A stretch of DNA of 61,621 bases, filler included, from Trichosphaerium sp. ATCC 40318 (Eukaryota > Protista > Tubulinea): assembly GCA_038496445.1 (NCBI GenBank). It is 4 parts of 4 records of this genome, joined end to end, with 100 filler letters (N's around TTAATTAATTAA, not from the genome) between each part and the next. Parts side by side here need not be neighbours in the genome. Positions count along the whole stretch, not along the records: positions 1 to 27,158 come from JALMLS010000258.1; 3 more parts are not named here. The stretch is one strand, 5' to 3'. Positions 1 to 10,800 of the stretch are shown here, one piece after another; the stretch's first letter is position 1, and every line of letters begins with the position of its first letter. The position numbers were made by a program, and so were the translations under genes. Below the pieces are notes generated by a model. It was not told where the DNA came from, searched no databases, and saw only the letters and a list, made by a program, of their open reading frames with translations.

Positions 1-495
1 TCAGAACGATTAAATTCAGATGACAATTTACGCCTCGAAGATCCTCTCTGAGACGACCTTAACGAAGCCTTCTTGTCTGGTGTCGTTCTCTTCTCTGATC
101 TACGCTCTAAAGAGGTGCAACAGGTCAGTAAAATACAGACTCAAACTCGAACATTGCGTACTCTTTGAGCTCTTGGAGCCTCGAAGTGTTAGCGTCTTGC
201 TCCTGTGTTCTCGCGTTTTTGGTGCATACGATTCGTTCGCTAGTCTTAGCTGAAGTTCATCATTCTTTAACTGGAGAAGAGTTGCAGCCTTGGTCCTCTC
301 ACTTAAGCATACTTTGAGTTGCTGTACTTGAGCTCTTAAAGCAGCAACTTCGGAGTCTTCTCCTCGGAATTCGTCGAAACGAATAAACTTTGCTTTTGTA
401 TCAACTTGAGCCATATCATTCACGTCTAATGGAAAAGTTGCCATGTCACCTTTAGGCGCAAGACCTTGTGTAAGATATGGAGATAGTTTATTCAA
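1..495 (-). CDS. Coiled-coil protein, 5' part; runs toward the window edge; related to the 34749-36131 gene
   Basis: ORF 100..495. Segment VAALRAQVQQLKVCLSERTKAATLLQLKNDELQLRLANE resembles VADLRSQLAALKASLLGERTKSEGLEIMVNDLKTRLASE near 35.6 kb. Confidence 0.4.
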
Positions 496-1681
496 CGCAT
501 GAATGTTATGTGAGACCTAGTGATGAAACAAATTAATTCACTTTTGTCTCCTTTGAATATATTTTTTTTGAATTTTTTTAGTGATGAAAGATACCTTTGT
601 AATGCATCTACCAGAATAAAGATCCTGTAGAACGAACATATCTGATGAAGCCATACCAAGGCGCCAACAAGCGTCAAGATACTTTTCAATATTTTCCTAT
701 TTTGACAAAAGTCAGAGAGAAACCAATAAAAACAATGACGTAATGAGAGGAAGGAAAGAGAAAACAGCAAACTTGTCTTTTTTTTCGGTTTTGGAAATCT
801 GCGAGTGATTTCTTGTTTTTTTGTGTACTGAGCTTGCTTTGTCGTTAACTAGGCGTGAGTGTTACGTACACATTCTTGTAGCATATGCAGATGATCTTCA
901 GTGTTGAATTTTTTTATAAAGTTCGGAAGAAGCTTGTTAATCAACCTGTTAAGTATAAATAAGATAATCTACAGTTACAACGCGATCGCAGACAATAATT
1001 TTTTTTGCAAATTCGGTTTTTTGGCGCTTTTTGTTTCAAAACAGTTTGTACGCGTTCACATATACGTACTTGCATAATATAACACCAGTCTTCAACGATG
1101 CGAAGATATCATGCTGGTTTGGTACCGGTTCTTCAATAACCGCCTCTATCCACTGCAATAAGCGTAACTCCCACGTAATATCGCGTTTTTCATGCTTCTA
1201 AGGGATGTTGTGAGTAACAAATGTGACAATTTCTAATAACATGTACAGTCGCATAATAACCAGAGCCTTTACCTAACAAGCGTATTAGCGGTACGATAAA
1301 GCAGATTTTTCTGAAAACAAAAAGACTTTGAACAAAAAAAAAGCGCTATCAGCGCAGCAACGACAAGAACACATTGATAGCAAACAAGTAAAGACAATAC
1401 TAACCGAAAGTTTTTTCTTTCGTTTTGCTGGTATCTGCAACGCCGTTGAGCATTAGCTTATTGTACAAATTCTCCTTTAAAACAGCGCTAGCAAGCCAAT
1501 TCCGCCTCCCTCAAAACAAGATTACCCCGAGAATTTGCAAGAATTTCAAAAAACAAAAAAATCTTGCTATTGGCTTAAAACTATCCTACGGTATGCTTAA
1601 AACCACTGTGGTGCACTAGAAACAACTCCGACGCAGTTTCCTTAAAGAATCGAAGGGTTTTTGTTGAAAATTTTTTTATAT

Positions 1682-4600
1682 CTACAAGTTGTCAACCTCT
1701 ATTATCTCATCACTGTCTTCTTTCTTATGAGGCACTAATAAGCAAATAATCTAGATCAAAAAAACTTAGTTTCATGTAACCGCGTAGATAGGTTCTACAA
1801 GTAGGAAAAAAAAACGTACAAGGCATACGAAACAGATGCAGGCAAGGCTTAGAAGTACAATACCGATGATAAGGTACGTTCTATACTCTTCCCAAAATTG
1901 CGTGTTACTGTCATTAATCTGAGCAACTGGCGATGCTGATACCGCCGTTGCTATTTTGAATCGACCTACCCCAGTTTTGAGTACTTCATTGCTGTCCAGG
2001 GACAAAGGGTAGGTTCCAAGTTGTATTAAGTACTCCTAATAAAATCGTTAAGCCGGAGTTGTAACACAATTTTTTTTGGGCCTGTTTTTTTAGTGTACCT
2101 TTCCCACTTGCGCTTTAAAGGTAACTCTACTTTTAAAATCGCAGTCATCTGAACTGCATTCAAGTAATGTTTCTTCTTTGAGCGATTGACAGTCATTAGT
2201 GGCATAGACAGCCATCTGCATGCGAAACATTAGAAAAAAGAAGAAAAAAAAAGGTTTCTTCTTTTTCTTAAAGTAATTGACACGTGCCTTTGTGTCAACA
2301 TCAGTGAGTTGGCATGTGTCAATTGTCACAGAATTATTTGTTGTGGATTTCCACTTGAACCATATATCAGCTCCTATACCCGACTCTCCTGCTATAATAC
2401 AACTAGACAAATTTTGTGCAAGAATTCCGGTAGTAGCCCTTTACAAAAACAAATTATGATATGTAACCGGTATTTGGACGTACTCTGTATTATCCCAAGG
2501 AAACAATCCAAAACCAGATATATTTAACGCTCTAACGCATTCATCGGCGACTATAAGGGCGTGTCAGAGCAGAACGAAGACGACGGAAAAACAAAAACAC
2601 AAAAAGCGCTTGGTTTTTTTTTCCAAAAACTTCGAGTCATACCTGAGACTGTTATTGGTAACGGTGCTTCTGGTTCTGATTCAACAAGACAATTGGGATA
2701 TCTATACCTGACCTCTTGTTCAATAAATTGTCTTATAACCCAGTTAACCCTTGAGCTGTTATTTCCGTAATAGTTCTCTCTTCCCATGTACAAATTTATA
2801 TCATCAAGACTACCACCGATTTTACTGTTATCACAATAGCTCATGATAGATCCTACAATGTGATAAAAGTGAGTGATAATGAGTTTCACTCGATAAAGAA
2901 AAAATACCTCCTGTTCCAGGAATGGTTTCTTCTCCGCTGTAGCAATTATCTTCCTGAGAACAAAAAACTTAACAAAAATTTGTACTGAAAAAGTTTTTGA
3001 TGAAATCTACCTCATTGTTACATTGGTCAATTGGAGGTGTGGGAAGCTTTCCATAGTCAAAACAATCCAAGTCTTCCTCTTTATTGTAGCAATGTGTATG
3101 TTGACTATTAAAGTTGTGACCTATGACAAATGAGTAAGTAATGGCTTTGTCACAAGCAAAAAAAAAGCGAAAAACTGTTTCTCTTCATCAGTTTTTTATC
3201 AGTGTTTTTTTTCCTTGCAAACCTTACCAATTTCGTGGCCAATAATTACAGTTTCCCATTTCAGATCTAATCTCCTTGTGCCTGAAATACCTTTTGGATA
3301 TCAAAATGTGAGTCATACACAACAAAGGTTCGGGCAAGAAAGTGATTGAAAACATACCAAATGGACTTTGTGTACAAACATCTCCAAGGTAAGCTTCACC
3401 ACCAACGCCAACACCTATTATGAGGTGTACTATACCAACGTTGTTTTGAGGTATTAAAGCGCTCTTGGAGCCACTGTTGATGAACAAGAAAGATTAGTTA
3501 TGAAAGTTGTTTTTTGTATTTACTGGCAATGTGAGTGTACCTCTTATACTCCAAAGCTAATCTACGTAAAGCAGCAGCGCGATAAGAATCATAAGGAGCA
3601 TTATATTGTGCATCAGAGGGCCACGGTTGTGACTCTAAGATGGGAAAATTAGTTCATTTTAAGGAGAGGTAATGCTTTAAATAAATATGGGTTATTCTTT
3701 GTAAGGCACGTGCCTAGTTCTGGGTAGAACGAAGATTCTGCTATTATTAGACGCACACCCAAGTCTCTTACATACATTGTATTTATACGGTTAACTACAG
3801 TAGCAATATGATCGCTAGCAGCCCGATCTGCGTGGTCACCGCTATCATTAAAAAATTTATAGAATGTGTGATCTGTCTCAAAAGACACCTATGAAAGGCA
3901 TTAATATCCTTGGTTTATAATTTAATATGGAAGGGTACCCTGACTTCGTATACTGGTTGCCAGTCAGAGAAAGATGTTGGACAGTCTCTAAAGTACTTGT
4001 TAATGGGTTTTGATGCGTTAGTGGCCACGTGCTTGCACTACAAAACGTACATCTCAAATCTGCGTTTGCCCCTCTTTTTACCACGTTTTTTATACTGGTA
4101 GCTTTTAGGGTGGTTATGTGTTCCACATTTAAAAGAATGCATTGGATCTTCATAGCCAGGAATACCTTCTTCATGACTATTCAATGCTAACGTGTCTCCT
4201 TGTAGATGACCAGTAAACCAAGATTTCTACAAAAAAAAAACATCAAAAAACGTCTCCACAGTGCTCCCATTGTGAAACATTGCTGCTTTCAATGAAAAAA
4301 CCCTACACCATAGATCACGTGTATTAAAGATATTTAAACATAAAATTCCCGCCACCACGTGATCACCATGTGCATCTTAAAGACTTTTTGGTTTTTTTTT
4401 TCTTGAAAGAAACTAACCTTGTCGTGTATCCAAGCTGTCACGTTTCTAGATTCGTGAAGCGTCAAAAAAACTTGAGATTCAATATCTGACGTGATATGGC
4501 CTGTAAAAAAATGGGACTCTAAAGAAAAAAAGGTAGTTAGCACAGAGGGAGCAGTACGTCAATAAAAAGATGATTTTTTTTTTGAACTGAATTTTCTTTT

Positions 4601-5058
4601 TTCAAAAGCCTCTTATAAAGTTGTAACTCCAGAAAAACGCGTAATCTGATATCTTGTCATTATCGGCGATTTTTCAAAGCGAGTTTGAACGATAAACCAA
4701 AACTAGCCAAATGTACTTTAAACCATAAGCTAATAGTATTTTTACCTGGTATGCGCTTATACCCTTGTCCAGCAACGAAGATCCGTGCGTCCTTTGCGTA
4801 TGGACTGTGTTCCTTGTGTAAAGTATATCCACGCCTTTCAACTACCCCACTGTGCTCCAGTGTAAGTTTCGCCGGTGTTTTTAATACAAATGTACCGTTT
4901 ATTGGTGTAAGCGTGTAATTCAAACTCCACACCCTCTCCATGCGCGTGTGGGTTTGATATTAACTCCTCAAATGAAATTGATTCTGTAGAGACACTTACT
5001 ATTCCAAAAAGCAACTACCTGTTGTTAGAATGATAAAAAAAGGTGTATTAAAGGCCAT
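1682..5058 (-). CDS. Multi-exon reprolysin-like (M12B) zinc metalloprotease with signal peptide, prodomain and C-terminal TM helix
   Basis: Spliced HEIG|HNFNSQHTHCY zinc motif (~3240/3120), Met-turn GSIMSYC (~2850), VNRINTMYVRDLGVRL and GEAYLGDVC, TM YLIIGIVLLSLACICFVCL; ATG 5058, TAG 1682. Confidence 0.85.
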
Positions 5059-5601
5059 ACGATTAAATACAAAGCACAATTCATAGCTTGTAGTAATTAC
5101 GGGGATTTTTGGGGCCAAACGCTTACACTCCCAACGTAGAGCCCAAATACGCCGCAATACCTGCCGTCTGTTGGTGGTCTTTTATAGATTTTACTTAACT
5201 AATTTAAGCTCAACAACCTCAATACACGTCACGTCACTTGTTATCAAATGCAACTTGAAGATAATAAGCAGTATCTAGCTGGGCCTATCTACTATTAAAG
5301 TACTTTTACAAGTTTCCTTTTTTGAGAAGCTCTTTCTCAATTTTTTTGTGTTTTTTTTTGGTTCAGCTTCTGAAGCAAGATGCATCATACTGTTCTGGAA
5401 TGATTGAGATACTCAAAAGAGTATACGCTGAAAAAAGTAAAGAGTTTTTGACGTCCGTATTCTATATTTATTCTTAAGACCGCTATTAATGCTCGAGAAA
5501 GCAGTCTTGCCTTTCATATTGTTATATAAATGCGTCGTGGCATACTTTAAAAGCAAGTCGTCATAGTACATTTATGGGTGAAAATATTGCATGCAATCAT
5601 T

Positions 5602-7317
5602 TCACTTTTGTAGAGAAGGTAGCAACCCTGGCATAGATAACTCAGGAGACGGTTCCAGATCTGGTAGTGAATCGAAATCTCCTATTTCTTGAGTAGGTTC
5701 AAGCTCTGGCATTGAACTTGAATCTTCTTCTGACTCAGTGACTGTCCTCCCTAATTCTTGAGTACGTTCCAACTCTGGCATTGAACTTGAATCTTCTTCT
5801 GACTCTGTGACTGTCCTAATGTTATCAAGAGCTTCCTGTTTAGTGATAACAACAAAGCCACCATTTGGTAGACTTTGTACGACATAACCTGGAGGTATTA
5901 CAGTACCGTCATGATACATGTCTTCCTTTACTAGAACACCATTTATATCCCAATCCCTATACCATCCGCAAAATTCTCCATTTTGAATCCATCTTTCTGC
6001 ACTTCGTTGACCATTATCGTACCACTCAACATGTACACCTTCTCTTATATCATTTTTTTTCTCTATTATACTTCGAACCTTTCCATTCTCATGCCATGTC
6101 TTGTGTTCACCTTGTATCTTGTCTCTACGACAATAGTACAACTCTTGTAGTTGTCCATTAGGATACCACTCTTTATGCTCGCCTTCTTGGCGTCCACGCC
6201 TGAAAAACATTTGCATATGCTGAACTCCATTTTCATACCAACGAGTTACAGTTCCTTCAACACGACCTCTTCTGATATGACACTGTTCCTTTAAAGTACC
6301 ATTTCTATGATACGTACTTACTCTACCAACCCTTTCACCATGGCTAACATAATACTCAATCTTGACTTGACCGTTACGATACCACTCTTTGACATCTCCT
6401 TTTTCTTCACCTCGTTTAAACTTTTTTTGTATTTTCATTTGACCATTAGTAAACCACTCTGTTGATAGACCTTGACGTATACCATTCTTGAAATTCTGTT
6501 CTGCCTGTATTTGACCAGACTCATACCAAATTTGTTGTTTTCCATGTCTGATACCTTGTTTGAAATTCCCTTCTCTGTGCTGTGTTCCATCCTTGTACCA
6601 TATCTTCACAGTGCCATGTCGCCTATCCCTTTTCATAAAACTCTCTGTTTGAAGCTGTCCATTCTCAAACCAACTCTTGTGAGGACCTTCCCTCTTCCCT
6701 GCAACAACTTGTCCACGTTTTTTTATCTTACCATTCTCATGCCAAAACGCCCACTCTCCTTCCGGCACACCATTATGTACAGTCTGTATAGCAGCGAGAT
6801 TCCCATTCGGATGCCATTCCCTCATCGTACCGCCCATAACACCGCGTTCTGCAAATTCAATCCGCCGTCTCAACGTTCCGTCTTCGTACCACTCTGTGGA
6901 CCTTGTATCGCGTGTTTCTACTGCTACAGCACCGCTTGGGTACCATTTAATCCAAGGACCAACGCGATTAAGATCATAGTCGAAATGAGTCTTCACGGCA
7001 GCTTCCTTTGATAATGTATGCCTATTTAATGCGTAAACAACGTAAAAAGAACGATTTTTAAAGTTGTTGTACCATTTAGTAAACGGTTCTATCCCAAAAG
7101 TGCAAATATACTGCTGTATCTCGTTTGGCAAGTCTAATAAGCGCGTTGCGTGTAGGCTAACTACAGTTGATTGTAAGTGTACAAAAAAATACCTAGATGG
7201 TCTCGTACAGTCTCTAGGCATTGCTTTAGCCCTAGGGGGTGCAAATGATGGTCTGTTCGCTAGAATAAAGGCCGCATCAACTTCGATAGATTCCTCGTTT
7301 AGGTGGAACTTCTTCAT
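5602..7317 (-). CDS. F-box-like + MORN-variant (YwqK-type) repeat protein, intact
   Basis: 571-aa ORF; LLDLPNEIQQYICTF F-box-like motif, many G..K.WY.NGQ repeats, acidic tail with duplicated RTVTESEEDSSSMPELE. Confidence 0.85.
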   Translation of the reverse strand: MKKFHLNEESIEVDAAFILANRPSFAPPRAKAMPRDCTRPSRYFFVHLQSTVVSLHATRLLDLPNEIQQYICTFGIEPFTKWYNNFKNRSFYVVYALNRHTLSKEAAVKTHFDYDLNRVGPWIKWYPSGAVAVETRDTRSTEWYEDGTLRRRIEFAERGVMGGTMREWHPNGNLAAIQTVHNGVPEGEWAFWHENGKIKKRGQVVAGKREGPHKSWFENGQLQTESFMKRDRRHGTVKIWYKDGTQHREGNFKQGIRHGKQQIWYESGQIQAEQNFKNGIRQGLSTEWFTNGQMKIQKKFKRGEEKGDVKEWYRNGQVKIEYYVSHGERVGRVSTYHRNGTLKEQCHIRRGRVEGTVTRWYENGVQHMQMFFRRGRQEGEHKEWYPNGQLQELYYCRRDKIQGEHKTWHENGKVRSIIEKKNDIREGVHVEWYDNGQRSAERWIQNGEFCGWYRDWDINGVLVKEDMYHDGTVIPPGYVVQSLPNGGFVVITKQEALDNIRTVTESEEDSSSMPELERTQELGRTVTESEEDSSSMPELEPTQEIGDFDSLPDLEPSPELSMPGLLPSLQK

Positions 7318-7889
7318 AGTACGTAGCGTAACGGGAGGTGATTTTTATAGTTCAATGTTTTCGAGACTTGCCCAAAAAAGGCAAGACTTATCACGGTTAA
7401 GTCATTATCATTCCTCGTGATTTATACACGCTTAGCCGCTTCAGGCATTGTTCAAGATGTTGCACTAAGCTGTTGCCACCAAGGATCCAACGCAGAACGA
7501 TGAAAAACACGTTGCTTTTATATGTGATCAAGTGAAGTGTAGCGGCACGCAAAGCGTCGCAAACTGACGTCAACAATACATAAATATGGGACAATACATT
7601 GTAGTTGCGTAATTGTCGTAGTCAAGTTGTGTTTACCAATGGAGTTTGTGGTATAGTACACAAATGGGTCTAGAAATAGAAAAGAAAGGGTAGAATCTTT
7701 TTTGATCAGTAAATAATTACGTTGACTTCTTTCAACACAGTGGTAGGTAAAAGATATTGACTAGTATTACTAGGTAGATAATAATGTTGATTAAACTAAT
7801 AATGCGTTCTATTTACTGATTGAAATGTTTGGTATGATTGATGTTCATGCTAGGGGAGAATCTTTTTAGCACCGTAACCTACGTAGAAA

Positions 7890-10800
7890 TATAGCTTAGA
7901 AAAATCCTACTCATATTGACTGTATATACGCTAGTCAACTTCAGTATTCTCTCGTGAAGCGAGAGTTGTAGCTTGATACTCTTGAATGTTATACACTTTT
8001 TTTTTCATGATTGATATTAGACTATTATCAATCACTTGGCACTCGAGGTGCCGTAATACACTGATTGATGACCAATATCCCCTTGAATGCGTATCTGTGA
8101 TTACACACTAGTAGCTTTTAGACACAACCTTGCTCTGGTAGCAAGGTTTGGCGTTTAATTACTGCACCTTTTTTTTTTTTGATTGACATTTTCGTTATTT
8201 GCGATGACAGTAGGGAAGAATATTATTATCACCAAGAAAGAAAGAAAGTGATGATATTTACCCAGGAGAACCCCGTTGACTACCTAAAGAGTCCTCTGCA
8301 AGCAGAGTTGGTTCTCCTGCTATAAAGATGTTTACGTTATTTCTTCGTTATTGGTAGGGAATGATGGTATAGCATAAGTGATAGGTGTGAATTTGTTAAT
8401 TTGTTTGGTGAGAGCTTCCCACCGGACGTATTGAGTGGATATGTGTAGACCTTTTGCTTTTTTTATTTCCGTAGTGTTAGTGCATCTATGTCTGTATTTG
8501 AGGTATAGAGAAATAATGTATAGGTGGTTTAGTTTTGTAGCTAAGTGCGAGACAGTGTATTGTGTTTTAATGTTGAGTTTGGTGGTGAGTTCTTGTAGCA
8601 GTTCCGAAGTAACGTAACCTTGTGACCCACGGAAGTTTACTTTGGATTGGTTGTCATGGGTGAGGTACCAGGGCGTTATGTTGTAGTCTTTATGTTTGTA
8701 TATGATGTCAGGATTGCCTATTTTAGCTAATTCAATGAGGTCTTTAGTTGGTTTGTGCTTTCTGTTGGGTGGCCATTTGTCTTTGCAGATGAGGTTGTTA
8801 CCCCCAGCATGAGTGTTGTATAGTTTTGTTGGGTTTGTGTTTACTGATTTGTTAAGAAATTCATGTATGATGCGGTTAGTGTGGAGTTTGATGTTTATAT
8901 TAATCGTGTTATTTTGGCAAATGCACAGGTCTGAAAATTATCATGGTATTATACCGTATTTTATGGTATAATCACCTTTTATGGTACAAGCTCAGTATAA
9001 TCCATAATTATACCATATAATTATACCATAAAATATGGTATAATACCATGTTTTTTGGACAAATGGTATAACAGCCATTATACCATGTTTATACCATATT
9101 TCAATTTATAGAATATAATTATACCATAAACCATGGTACTATACCATGGTATTATACCACATTTTACAGTACATTATACCATGCATTATACCATATAATT
9201 ATACCATAAAACATGGTACTATACCATGGTATTATACTGCATTTTAAAGTATATTATACCATGCATTATACCATATAATTATACCATAAAACACAGTATT
9301 ATACCATGGTATTATACCGTATAAGTATAAGTTAGTCAAAGCTCACTTGGTCTACACTTGATTTAATAGCCTTTGGCCCTACGCAAACGCCATACCACAC
9401 AATGCTTTGACAGTAGCCGTTATTGAACATAATTGGCATATAAATGTGTGAAAAACAGTTTTAAGAGAGAAATCTGGTAACGCGCCCCAATTGCGGGCGT
9501 TTTAGGGATAAATTGGCCAATTTTCTCCGATTGACAGTATTTGAGGAAGAAACCACTCCACGTACCCCATGTTAGAACGCTACAGTGGTAGACACACCAA
9601 AAACGCGTTTAGCGCTCGAAAAATGCCCATTTGCAAAAAACCTCCAATTGGAGGTTTTTTTCCCCGGCTCTCATTTTTTTCTCCCCTCCATAGGCATTTT
9701 TACACTCAATCAACGCCATACAGCCTCATTTACCAAATCAGGAGCAAAATTATTTATTTTTTTTTGACATTTTTGATATACGCTCCAATGCATGTTAAAA
9801 CACGTGAATAGTGCTATAAGGCCAAGTTGTTTCAGAGCCTACCCATTTTTTGAGTTTTTTGGTTTTTTTTGGATTTTTTTGGATTTTTTTGAATTTTTCC
9901 CTACTAAACGCCCGCATTTGCCAGAACAGATAGCATTTAGGCTTCACACCCATGCGTTGACCTTACGAGTGATATTGTAAACCAATTGGCTAAGTCAGAG
10001 CACAAAACTAAGTCTTGTCCAGTTTATCGCCCGCACAACACAAGGTACGCTAAAAGTAGTTGTTTTGAAGCCGCTTGCCATAGGTTTTAACCAAGCTAGA
10101 TAGATGATAAAAAAAAAACCAAGATGTGTTAGCTAACAGGTACAATTCTGCTAGAACTTGTTTCCGATGAAGTTGGCAGTTATTTTCATTTCTTTGTTTT
10201 AGTCTTGGTTTGGCTCCACCGCACAGGTCATTTGTTACTCCCAGTGCCGCCACCACAACAAAACAGCAATTTTTGTACGACTATTTATTTTGTGCATCAA
10301 GCCTTCACTAATTCTTCTTCTAGTTTTCATGCTATGTCCATTCGATGCACTTACAGCAAGTACAATATTTTTTTTGAAGGTTATTTGATGTGTCAACTAC
10401 CACAAAAGAGGATATGGACAAAACCAAAGGTCACGGATGTAAACAAAAAAATGTATTAATAAATGTGGTTTTATTATTAGAACAGTTTTTACATGGTATA
10501 ATACACCTGGTTTTGTGGTATAATCTACCAAGTTTTAAGGTATAATATACCAGACTTTGTGGTATTATACTGTGTTTTATACCATGTTTTATGGTAGAAT
10601 TATACCATATATTGCATTTTTTCAGGTGAAAAAATATGGTATAAATTCGCACTTTCTACTGCATATTTATGGTATAATTTGGCTGTTTTATGGTATAAAT
10701 CCTTTGATTTATGGTATATTATACTGGAATTTGTGGTATAAAATTGTAATCAATGGTATAATTATACCACAAATCCATGGTATCTACCATAAAAACAGCT

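Noticed and set aside
5865-7420. Antisense ORFs over the MORN gene, and similar ones over the RT and Gypsy ORFs
   Set aside because: Shadow frames of real coding sequence on the other strand.
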